The translations under genes and the position numbers were made by a program. Below are positions 37,666 to 49,794 of a DNA stretch of 64,000 nt, piece by piece. How positions within the stretch are numbered: position 1 is the stretch's first letter; each line of letters begins with the position of its first letter. This DNA is from Octopus sinensis (taxonomy: Eukaryota). The stretch is taken from positions 79,918,001 through 79,982,000 of the forward strand of contig NC_043000.1 in assembly GCF_006345805.1 (NCBI RefSeq), written 5' to 3'. The notes beneath the pieces were generated by a model that was given only the letters and a program-made list of their open reading frames with translations, was not told where the DNA came from and made no database searches.

Positions 37666-39750
37666 GCACATAAAAACACCATCCGGAGACCCGGCAAGAC
37701 TAGTCAGGCCATATCCCATGGCCCCTACCTGGGACGTAGTCAGTCCACCTGTGCATACCTTCCTCCTTGTGATACTTGTGAAGGCCTGTTGAGGCAAGTG
37801 AAAATCAAAATCAAATCAAAACAAATCAAATCAATCAAAACAAATCAAAATAGATGAACATTAATGGAATTTGTATCTTTGTGGTACCAGTGCCGGTGGC
37901 ACACAAGAAAACCATCCGAACGTGCCGTAGCCAGTACCGCACCGACTGGCCTCCGTGCTGTGGGCACGTAACAAACACCATCCGATCGTGGCCGTTCGCC
38001 AGCCTCATCTGGCACCTGTGTCGGTGGCACATAAAAACACCATCCGAAGACCTGGCAAGACTAGTCAGGCCATAACCTGTGGCCCCTACCTGGGACGTAG
38101 TCAGTCCACCTGTGCATACCTTCCTTCTTGTGACACTTGTGAAGACCTGTTGAGGCAAGTGAAAATCAACATCAAATAAAATCAAAATCAAAACAAATCA
38201 AAATAGATGAACATTAATGGAATTTGTATCTTTGTGGTACCAGTGCCGGTGACACACAAGAAAACCATCCGAACGTGGCCGTAGCCAGTACCGCATCGAA
38301 TGGCCTCCGTGCTGTGGGCACGTAACAAACACCATCCGATCATGGCCGTTCGCCAGCCTCATCTGGCACCTATGTCGGTGGCACATAAAAACACCATCCG
38401 AAGACCCGGCAAGACTAGTCAGGCCATAACCCGTGGCCTTTACCTGGGACGTAGTCAGTCCACCTGTGCTTACCTTCCTTCTTGTGACACTTGTGAAGAC
38501 CTGTTGAGGCAAGTGAAAATCAAAATCAAATCAAAACAAATCAAATCAAATCAAAACAAATCAAAATAGATGAACATTAATGGAATTTGTATCTTTGTGG
38601 TACCAGTGCCGGTGGCACACAAGAAAACCATCCGAACGTGGCCGTAGCCAGTACCGCACCGACTGGCCTCCGTGCTGTGGGCACGTAACAAACACCATCC
38701 GATCGTGGCCGTTCGCCAGCCTCATCTGGCACCTGTGTCGGTGGCACATAAAAACACCATCCGAAGACCTGGCAAGACTAGTCAGGCCATAACCTGTGGC
38801 CCCTACCTGGGACGTAGTCAGTCCACCTGTGCATACCTTCCTTCTTGTGACACTTGTGAAGACCTGTTGAGGCAAGTGAAAATCAACATCAAATAAAATC
38901 AAATCAAAACAAATCAAAATAGATGAACATTAATGGAATTTGTATCTTTGTGGTACCAGTGCCGGTGACACACAAGAAAACCATCCGAACGTGGCCGTAG
39001 CCAGTACCGCATCGAATGGCCTCCGTGCTGTGGGCACGTAACAAACACCATCCGATCATGGCCGTTCGCCAGCCTCATCTGGCACCTATGTCGGTGGCAC
39101 ATAAAAACACCATCCGAAGACCCGGCAAGACTAGTCAGGCCATAACCCGTGGCCTTTACCTGGGACGTAGTCAGTCCACCTGTGCTTACCTTCCTTCTTG
39201 TGACACTTGTGAAGACCTGTTGAGGCAAGTGAAAATCAAAACAAATCAAAATAGATGAACATCAATGGAATTTGTATCTTTGTGGTACCAGTGCCGGTGG
39301 CACGTGGCACACAAGAAAACCATCCGAACGTGGCCGTAGCCAGTACCGCATCGACTGGCCTCCGTGCTGTGGGCACGTAACAAACACCATCCGATCGTGG
39401 CCGTTTGCCAGCCTCGTCTGGCACCTGTGTCGGTGGCACATAAAAACACCATCCGAGCGTGGCCGTCTGCCAGCCTTGTCTGGCACCTGTGTCGGTGGCA
39501 CATAAAAAAACACCATCCGAGCGTGGCCGTTTGCCAGCCTCGTCTGGCACCTGTGTCGGTGGCACATAAAATCACCCACTACACTCTCGGAGTGGTTGGC
39601 GTTAGGAAGGGCATCCAGCTGTATAAACACTGCCAGATCTGACTTTACTGGTGCAGCTTTCGGGCTCCCCAGACCCCAGTTGAACCGTCCAACCCATGCT
39701 AGCATGGAAAGCGGACGTTAAATGATGATGATGATGATGATGATGATGAT
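37666..39750 (+). repeat. Tandem array of RTE 3' UTR units (332-363 bp) with ABAB higher-order structure
   Basis: The anchor tagatgaac occurs at 37851, 38204, 38567, 38920 and 39252. Diagnostic variants alternate between units. A terminal (GAT)n tail follows. Confidence 0.92.
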
Positions 39751-40253
39751 ATAAATAAATAATATATTTAGTAGTGTTGTCTGCAGCTTTAGACGTATAC
39801 TTTTGCTATCATGTGTAATATCAAGAAATATAAGCATGCATAAACTTATTACAATTTAACTTTTAGTGAACTTCTTGATGCTTCTACAAAATTATAAAAT
39901 AGATGCTAATTTAAAAAAAAATAAATGTAACCTTAAACAAAATTAGATAAAAAACTTCTTATTTGTATAACTCCTTCAATAACTACTCTGCTATCTACCT
40001 GCTCTCCTCCTTCTTTTCTACTTCTGTGAAACTTTCTGCCTTGCTCTGTTTAGCATATAGCTTTCCTTTACTCATTGCCCATCACCCAGCCTAGTATTTG
40101 CACTCATCATATACCTCTCATGTTCACCTTCTCTGTATTTCTAATTTACTCTCTCTTTCTCTATTCTATATGATGTAAAACAACCAACATTGGTTGTCAA
40201 ATGGTGATGGCGGGACAAAAGCATAGACACACACATAAGCATATATCTATCTA

Positions 40254-40291
<38 letters not shown>

Positions 40292-40413
40292 CATACATAT
40301 ATATATATGCACATATATATATATATGCATATATATATATGTGCATATATATATATATACACATATATATATATACATGCATATATATATATATGCATAT
40401 ATATATATATATA

Positions 40414-40822
<409 letters not shown>

Positions 40823-40880
40823 ATATATCATTATATATATCATTGAGTTGATTTGGTAGAGGGAAACTGAAAGAAGCCTG

Positions 40881-40913
<33 letters not shown>

Positions 40914-41430
40914 TATGAATTTATGTATATATTTATGTGTCCATGTTTGTTCCCCTTCACCATTGACTGATAACCAATGTCGACGTGTTTATGTCCCCGT
41001 AAACTTAGTGGTTTGGCAAAAGAGACTGATAGAATAAGTACTAGGCTTACAAAGAATAAGTCCCAAGGTTGATTTGTTTGACTAAAGGCAGTGTTCCAGC
41101 ATAACTGCAGTCAAATGACTGAAACAAGAAGATAAAAAAGAAGAAAAAATATATATCTATATATCTCCAACAAGTTAGAGGTTGTGAATCCAACCCACTA
41201 AGGGATAATATCTATCCAATATACTGTTGGTAGAATACCCAATTATTAATACACAAGTGTTTTTATTGCATTGCAATTACATTATCTAGTGTACTAAATG
41301 GGTGAAGGTAAAGAGATATTTTACCATCAATTTATATAGCAAAAAGAAAATGGAGGGGATCAGATGAACTACCTATTGATCCCTTCCATTTTCCTATTGC
41401 TATATATCTATATATCTATATCTATGTCTA

Positions 41431-41503
<73 letters not shown>

Positions 41504-41513
41504 CTATATATAT

Positions 41514-42085
41514 CATCATCACCATCATCATCGTTTAATGACCGCTTTCCATGCTAGCATGGGTTGGACAATTTTGACTGAAAGCTGGTGAACCAGATGG
41601 CTGCACCAGGCTCCAATCTTGCTTTGGCAGAGTTTTTACAGCTGGATGCCCTTCCTAATGCCAACCACTCCGAGAGAGTTGTGGGTGCTTTTTACGTGCC
41701 ACCGGCATGGGGGCCAGTCAGGCGGTACTGGCAACGACCTTGCTCGAATCCTTTTACACATGCCACCAGCACAGCTGCCAGTAAGGTGACTTTGGTAAAG
41801 ATCACACTCGAATGGTGCCCTTTTACGTGCCACTGGCATGGAAGCCAGTTGGCTGCTCAGGCAACAATCACATTCGGATGGTGCTCTTGGCACCCAACTA
41901 GCACAGGCACAAGTGCCAGTAAGGCGATGCTGGTAACAATCACGCTCGAATTGTTCCCTTTAAGTGCCACTGGCATGGAAGTCGGTTAGCCACTCTGTCA
42001 ATGATCACGCTCGTATGGTGCTCTTTGCACCCTGCTAGCACGGACGCCAGTCATCGAATTTGATTTTGATTCTGCTTTTGATTGA
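41514..42085 (-). mobile_element. RTE 3' UTR (decayed)
   Basis: catcatcatcgtttaatgaccgctttccatgctagcatggg...gctggatgcccttcctaatgccaacc. Confidence 0.8.
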
Positions 42086-42098
42086 TTTAAGTTCAGTT

Positions 42099-42725
42099 TA
42101 AGATTCTCTTAAAGTTAGTCATTCCCAGTAGGGAATTTATATGGAATGTAGCAGATTCCAGGTTTGTATTTAAACTGTCAGTTTAAACACAAACCTGGAA
42201 TCTGCTACATTCCATATAAATTCCCTACTGGGAATGACTAACTTTAAGAGAATCTTATATTGCTTATAAATTTTACATTTAGATGGACTCATATTAAACT
42301 CTGTTGGACTTTTGGATTTTACTCAAAGGATATTGGAATATTACACATATATACCATTATGTCTATAAAATGGACTTATGAACTCAATAACCATACATAT
42401 CTTACATCTATTTTCTTTCCTCCACCTCACTCTTTATTTGTATCACATCGAAACTAACTATGACTTAATTTTTCCTCTCACACCGTCTCCGATGAAGGGA
42501 TATTATTATTAATTAATATTCTAGAAACAGCTGTAAGACCTATCTATAAAGGCTCTAATATCTATACAGCCTTTTTTTTTTATCTCATTACGCAAAAAAT
42601 TCACATATACACACACTGACATAAAACCAATGTTGAACCCTTTATTCGCAATATTACAGAATTTGGATCTTAAGTAAGATCTGTCTATAGCACTTATTCA
42701 GCATTATCTGACACCTTTGGGTCTC
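42099..42725 (+). mobile_element. Penelope pLTR-like insertion with inverted 5' segment (79-bp arm palindrome) and hammerhead motif
   Basis: Palindrome 42099-42257 (78/79 matches, 1-nt centre at 42178) and a hammerhead at 42485-42539. Confidence 0.65.
42485..42539 (+). ncRNA. Minimal type I hammerhead motif with U4C change
   Basis: gtct CCGATGA agggatatt...aatattcta GAAA cagctg TA agac, with an ACAGCUGU palindromic stem III. Confidence 0.7.
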
Positions 42726-42769
42726 AATGACATATATATATATATGTATGTATGTATGTATATATATAT

Positions 42770-43000
42770 TTCTTTACTACCCACAAGGGGCTAAACACAG
42801 AGAGGACAAACAAGGACAGACAAAGGGATTAAGTCGATTACATCAACTCCAGTGCACAACTGGTACTTAATTTATCGACCCCGAAAGGATGAAAGGCAAA
42901 GTCGACCTCGGCGGAATCTGAACTCAGAACGTAACGGCAGACGAAAAACGGCCACGCATTTCGCCCGGCGTGCTAACGTTTCTGCCAGCTTGCCGCCTTA
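42770..43000 (-). mobile_element. Young SINE family A copy (CpG-rich)
   Basis: Minus strand taaggcggcaagctggcagaaacgttagcacgccgggcgaaatgcg...gagttcagattccgccgaggtcgac, with CpGs largely retained. Confidence 0.85.
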
Positions 43001-43018
43001 TGTATGTATATATATATG

Positions 43019-43083
<65 letters not shown>

Positions 43084-43137
43084 ATATACATACATACATA
43101 CATATATATATTATATATATAATATATATATATATAC

Positions 43138-43200
<63 letters not shown>

Positions 43201-43292
43201 ATTTATTTTATAGAAGGAGCTGATGGCTTCCTGATGATTTCATTTGAATGAAACAGTTCTAGTTCTGTAGAAGCTCCTTCTATAAAATAAAT
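43201..43292 (+). ncRNA. Type I hammerhead ribozyme with intact core and extended, bulged stem I
   Basis: gcttc CTGATGA t ttc attt gaa t GAAA cag ttctagtt ctg TA gaagc. Stem I continues as 18 perfect bp (43201-43218 / 43275-43292) after a 7-nt bulge. Confidence 0.78.
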
Positions 43293-43589
43293 TAATTTAC
43301 TCTGCTATGTATTGAGTACCTTATTTACTGTGGTTAACCCCGACTCAACCCAGGACCTACATATATATATATATATTTAGTGAAGGGAAGAAATGGGGCC
43401 GAACGAAGATTCTACAAAATTCCTTTTTTTTTATTTTCTACACATGTTTCAATTATCCGCGCTAAAGCACGGGGGCGAAACCCCATGGTCGTAACCTCAA
43501 CCGTGTCTTTACTGGTGTGATTTTTGCTACACAGGTATCGGTTAAATTTTGAATAATCCGTAACAAGATAATTCATTTATCCATTTCAT

Positions 43590-43661
<72 letters not shown>

Positions 43662-43668
43662 TATATAT

Positions 43669-43766
<98 letters not shown>

Positions 43767-43873
43767 GTATGTATGTATATATATATATATATGTGTGTGT
43801 GTGTATGTATATATATATATGATATATATATATATATTATGTGTGTGTGTGTATATATATATATATATGTATG

Positions 43874-43985
<112 letters not shown>

Positions 43986-44061
43986 ATATTGCCATGTTTT
44001 GAGTTCTAATTTATTTGTTTGCTTCACCAAACCTTTATATGTATGTGTGTAGTATATATAA

Positions 44062-44222
44062 GGCATGGTTGTACAGTAACACACTTGCTTCCGAACCACA
44101 TAGTTCCAGGTTCAGTCCCACTGCATCTCACCTTAGGCAAGTGTCTTCTACTATATCTTCTGGCCAACCAAAGCCTTGTGAGTGGATTTGATAGACGGAA
44201 ACTGAAAGAAGCCAGTTGTGTA

Positions 44223-44265
<43 letters not shown>

Positions 44266-44266
44266 A

Positions 44267-44312
<46 letters not shown>

Positions 44313-45175
44313 TTGTGTGTGTATGTATGTGTGTGTATGTGTGTATGTATGTGTGCGTGTCTGTATGTGTATGTGAATATCATTTGCAAATGTCCTCATT
44401 TATACTCACCATCATCATTCAAAATCCATTTTCCCATGCTTTTCCATATCTACATGGGCCAAACAGAATTTGCTGTCATGTCATGAAGGTGCCGAGCTGG
44501 CAGAAACATTATCACACTGGGTGAAATGCTTAGCGGTATTTTTCCATCCTTTCAGGGTCGATAAATTAAGTATCAGTTGCATAATGGGGTTGATCTGATT
44601 GACTGGCTCACTTTCCAAAAATTTCTGGCCTTGTGCCTAAAGTAGAAAAGAATTTGTTGCCGTGGATTTTGTTTAGCCAGATGCCCTTCTTGTTGCAAAC
44701 CGTCATCTGGATCCAAATGAGGTGGTATTTCCTCATGACTTGACATGTTTTCACAGAAGACTGGAAATGAAGGCCACAGCTTGCATGATGCTGATTTTTA
44801 TTTAACAAATGTTGCATGACATCAAGGAAAGGAGACATTAATACATGCGTACAAACACACATACTCACACAGGACACACACTAACACATAGACATAAGCA
44901 TATTCATATGATATGCATTTTTTGGTTTTTGTTTATCAGATTCACTCACAAATATTTGGTTGGTGCGTCTTTGTGTTTGTGTTTATTCCCGACCATTGCT
45001 TGACAACTAATTTTGGTGTGTTTATGTTGCCTTGATTAGTGGTTCAGCAAAAGTGACTGATAGAATTAGTATTAGGCTTACAAAGAACAAGTCCTGGCGA
45101 TGATTTCTTCAACTAAAACCCTTAAAGGCAGTGCTCCAGCATGGCCACAGTCAAATGACTGAACCAAGTAAAAGA
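44062..45175 (+). mobile_element. SINE family B interrupted by an RTE-related SINE (-), itself interrupted by SINE family A (+)
   Basis: B head 44062-44220, RTE-like piece 44405-44870, A copy 44486-44655 and B tail 44965-45175. Confidence 0.65.
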
Positions 45176-45940
45176 ATAGATAGAGAGACAGACAGACATA
45201 CAGACAGATAACATTACTAATGTGAATAAATATTAGTTAAAAAAATTGCACCACGTTTGGTGTTTTAATTCCACTCACCTCTAGACTTCATTTTCTTTAT
45301 AAGTAGACCATAATTCCTGATGATGAAAGTTCCAATTAAAACCAGCAGGCAGCCACTCTGAATATTAAACTGTTTTATCTCAGACACTTAGTGCAAAAAG
45401 ACAAAAGAAAGAAAACATTCAAAACAAACAAACAAACAAACAAACAGAAACCATTACAAATGTCAGTAAAAAAGATTTGTGTTCTTTTACCCAAGAATGA
45501 GCATGGTTCTGAAGTTCTGAAAACAGAACTTTCATTTCTAATAGGAATAAAAGGTTGTTATTTAACAATAAAAAAATAGAAAGAAAACTGGAAGCAGAAT
45601 TAATATCATCTTTATATATTTGAATGTATAAAGTTCAACAAGAAAATGTTGAAACTTTTTAAAACTTTGTTTATTTTTGAAAAAATTTTTGGATTTTTTA
45701 AAAATTCTATTTTACATTCCAGTTGTAGGCAGTGTTGTCTTAAACAACATTAATATATTTTTTTTAAAACTTACCAAAGATATATAATCCCATCTGAGCT
45801 TGGAAAGATTTTGTAATAAAAGACACTTAGCTCTTTGTAATATCTTATCCTAAAGAGAATCTTGGGAAATTAAAATCCCTGAAAATTTTGAGAAGAAAGA
45901 AGAAAAAATATTTGCATACATACATACATACATACATACA

Positions 45941-45973
<33 letters not shown>

Positions 45974-47755
45974 GTACAATACATACATACAAGCATACAT
46001 ACATACAAACATACACATATATAAATATATACACATATAATATAATATAAAATAATATATCTATGGACACACACACACACATATATATATGTGTGTGTGT
46101 GTGTATGTGCAGTAACATTTTAACAAAGAAAAATATTTGCTGTTCTTGCTTTCTTCTTTCTTTCTACCTATAATTCCTCCATTTTTCGTCTTTCCTTCTG
46201 TCTGCTTTTCTTCCATCTTCCCTTCGATCTTATTTTCTTTCTTCTTCTCCTCCTTTCTCCCCATTCATTTTATTTTTGGTGAATTCCTAAATAAATCTAT
46301 TTTATAGCAATAAAACCGGAATAAAAATGTGAAGAAATTAAGTATCTGGAGAATTATTCTTGTATATGAGTGCATTTGCACACTTGTGTATGTATGTCTG
46401 TATATGAGTGTGTTTATTTGTATGTGTATTTCAGAATGTTTGCATGTCTACAAGTATACATCTGTGTATATCTATGTGTGTGAAATATATGTTTGTTTGT
46501 GTTGCTGATTGTGTGTTTGTGAATCTGTCTGTGAGTATGTATGAATGTGTTTTGCAAGGGGTTGCAAATGTGTGTCCGCAAGTGTGTGTATGTGTGAGTG
46601 CCATTCACAAAAGAATGTTGAAATGACATAAATTATATGGATGTTTGGAAATGAAAGTTTGATTGGTTGTTAGTTAGTCAGCTGTTAAACTATCCAATAA
46701 ATATATTTTCCCTATTCCACTTGGGTTAACAGCTAACTGAGGATCTGAAGAAAGAAAAGAGAATCTTGTTTCACCAATAATTTTGTTACAAGACATTTAG
46801 AAAAGTCTTTTAAGTTGTAAATTATATTTTATTCTAAGGAATGTTTTCTTAATATCTCTTTGAAAGAGTGTCAGTGATAATGTTGTGTAGTGATGTTTTG
46901 TGGTGCTGCTGCGTGGTTGATACTGGTGTTGTTGGATTGCGTTGTGTAGTATTGTGTGCTGGTGCTATATGGTGTTGTGAGGTAGTGTTATGTGGTAACA
47001 GCTTAGTGCTCATTGCAGCCATCCCCACTTCCCACTGTCACATCCTTGACATTTAGCTGGGTTAATGTGATTATTTGGGCACCTAACGTCTTTAATTAAA
47101 GCTTCGCACATGCCAATACCCAATCATAAAACTAAGGCCCTATTGTATTAAATTGAATACCCTGATTTGCATAAATGATGCATTTTTACTGGCCTGTTCA
47201 TTAACTAAATTGATTATATAGTAGCAGTATTTGTATTTGGTGCTATGATGGTATTAGAATAAACCTATGTTGTATTTGGACTATGATAGATATTCTTGGC
47301 TGAATCATTTATTAATTGCCTTAAAGGGTGTCCTTTAATTATAGTTAGTTCTATACTTGCTATTAATATTTTGTTAATAATTTATTATTTTATTTTATTG
47401 ACTCTGAAAATTGAGTTCAATGGTATTTATGTTCTGGTTCAAATCTCCTGGATGTCATCTTTAATTGAACTTGATAAAATAAAGTACCAGTGAAGTATTA
47501 GGCTCAATATAATTGGCAGTTGCCTTCACCACCCAGCAAAAACATTGATTGTCTTATGGACAAAATGTATTTCTTCCAGCTCTTTGCATTCTGAATTCAA
47601 ATCTTACTGAAGTTACCTTCACCTTTCATCCTTTCCAGGTTGATGAAATAAAGCACCAGTTATGTATACTGGGGTTGATAATATCAACTAATAACATCCC
47701 TTAAAACTGCTGATGTTGTGCTTAAATGAGAAACCATTATTATTATATTATTATT

Positions 47756-48310
47756 GAGTGAGAAAGCAGTGCATGCCATCAAAGTGACACTGGGGTAAAA
47801 TATACAAAGCCCAGTATACCCATCATGACTATCCGTCTGATAAGGGTACACAAGGCACATGCAGCACAACCTTATGTGCATGACATGGTGATCTCATATC
47901 AGGATTGACAGTGCATGACCTTACAGGTGGGGCCCAGTTAGAATTTTCTTCAGACTGAGTAGCCCATCCTGCTCAAAATGACCCTGAATAAGGGTTGTTT
48001 AAGGATATTGAATGAAACACCCAGGTTTCTAGAGGTGAATTATCCAAACCCCAAAGAATCCCTCTCAACACATGGCTATGATGCTCCCCCGCTACTTCTG
48101 CTCATGATCAGAGATGCACATATCGTCAACCAGTAAGGGACAGGCTCAACTGGTTATGGTCAAACAACAGACAAGCAAATCTGTGGTATTGAGCAGAATA
48201 ATTGCTGTAGCCCATCTTTTATACCAAGACAAAACAATGTGCATGATAATACTTCCAGTCAGTTGAGATGAGAAGCCTTGAGTACCACTGCCTGGTACTG
48301 CATCAGGGTA
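47756..48310. mobile_element. Unassigned non-coding dispersed-repeat-like element bounded by (TTA)n on both sides
   Basis: The composition changes sharply between TTA tracts at 47737-47755 and 48311-48320. Family assignment needs a repeat search. Confidence 0.4.
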
Positions 48311-48320
48311 TATTATTATT

Positions 48321-49497
48321 TTGTCTATTATGAAAGACTCTCGGATAGTTCTTAATTACTGGTTATTCTTTACTTGAAAGCGGGCAATAATAAATCACCA
48401 AAGGTTTCAAGTAGGGCTTTCTCTTGTGACTCAAAGAGACAATATTCTCCTTAGAATGCAAGCTGTACCTAACAAGGCAGTCTTCTGGATCACCTCGAGC
48501 CTGACAGCAACTCCAATGTTCTTAATATGTTTTTCAAAGTCCTTGGAAACTGCTCCTATTGCTCCAATTACCTCTGATATCACTATTACTTTCCTTATGC
48601 CCCATAACTTTCCTATCTCATCCCACAATGGCTGGTATTTCTCAATCTTTTCTGTTTCCTTATTTCTCACCCTCAAATTGTCTGGTATTGCAACATCTTT
48701 TATCTTTACTTCTTTTTCATCTTTATAGATGAGCATGATATCTGGTTGTCTTGCCTCTATGACTTGGTTGAACTGCATGTTAAAATCCCAGAGTATTTTG
48801 TAATGTTCATTTTACATTACTCCCTCTGGCTTGTGTTCATACCATCGATTGGCTCTCTTGAGGTTTGCTTTACCACACAACGACCAGTGGACATATCTGG
48901 CCACATTGTCATGTCTCCTTTTGTATTTGCATTGTGCGAGCTTACAGCACTCACTAACAATATGGCTTATACTTTCTCCCTTCTCAGAGCACATCCCACA
49001 CTGTGGTTGTCAGTGCTTTTATCCATGTGATATTTGGAGTAGTTTGTTCTGAGAGCTTGTTCTTGAGTGCTGCCCACTAACGCCTCATGTGGTGTGTGTG
49101 AGATAGTCGATATATAAAGGCACCTACCTTCTCTTCGCTCTGATAGAGACCCTTCAGTGGTAACAGATCCTTTGTCACAGCCCCGACCCGAACGCTAAAG
49201 ATAGCAGCTGCTTCACCCAACCTTAGCAACGTCTTCACACGTCTTAACACCTCGACGACCCTCGTTGGAAAAAGGCCGAAATCCCTGCTCCCTGCACACG
49301 CCTCACAGCTGCCCCAACTTCCGGTCAACACACCCAGCTGCTGACGTCATCCCATACCTCAAAGTCTCCTTTCTGCAGAAATTGCCAGGTTCTATTCCAA
49401 TCAATTTCATCTTTATTCTTCAAGAACTGGCTGTGTATTTTCTTGTCCTGCCAAATTTTCTTCATCTGCTCTCTAAATTGTGTTGGATCTATGGCTT
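48321..49497 (-). mobile_element. 5'-truncated R4/Dong-type RLE retrotransposon, disrupted
   Basis: WNRTWQFLQKGD..EALVAAQEQALRTNY (reconstructed across small indels), C..GESISHIVSEC..LAQ..YKRRHDNVA, ARQPDIML, DVAIP, EKIEKYQPL and VIGAIG. The 5' end abuts (TAA)n at 49497-49531. Confidence 0.88.
49088..49356. mobile_element. 269-bp solo-LTR-like insertion with 5-bp TSD
   Basis: TSD cctca at 49083-49087 and 49357-49361. Ends are tgtgg...cccata. Removing it restores the host E-A-L codons. Confidence 0.72.
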
Positions 49498-49531
49498 TAT
49501 TATTATCATTATTATTATTATTATTATTATT

Positions 49532-49606
49532 CAAGTCACTGCCTGGAATCGAACTTGGAATCTTGGGGCTAGTAGCCCATGCTCTTAACCACTATGCCAT
49601 ATGCCC
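49532..49606 (-). mobile_element. Short tRNA-derived SINE head / tRNA pseudogene with (TAA)n tail
   Basis: A-box tggcatagtgg and B-box agttcgattcc on the minus strand, directly followed by (AAT)n. Confidence 0.65.
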
Positions 49607-49708
49607 GTGGGCAGTTTGTTTCCTAATAATTCTAAAATCTAACTTGCCTAAGTCAGAATATTCAAGCTTCTTTCTAATTGTCTGAGACCTTGTTGTTGTC
49701 TCTTTCAG

Positions 49709-49794
49709 GAATTACGTGGCAACATTAGAGTCCACTGTCGTCTTCGGCCTGTGTTCCACACTGATGTACAAGGTGATCCAGTTACATCGGTTAG
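49709..49794 (+). CDS. KIF25: Internal exon of a kinesin-14 family motor gene (KIF25-like): ELRGNIRVHCRLRPVFHTDVQGDPVTSV(R)
   Basis: Acceptor ttgtctctttcag (AG at 49707-49708) and donor AG|gtaagt, phase 0 to phase 2. EL(R/K)GNIRV.CR.RP is the kinesin-14 neck/beta-1 signature. The VHCR variant suggests KIF25, but KIFC paralogues are not excluded. Confidence 0.85.

Noticed and set aside
38050-38110. HDV-like ribozyme at the array unit junction
   Set aside because: ggcca/tggcc is a simple hairpin. The nested P2/P3/P1.1 pseudoknot order is missing.
45318-45350. ctgatgatg...aaaaccagcagg as a hammerhead
   Set aside because: GAAA and UH are absent and stem I does not pair.
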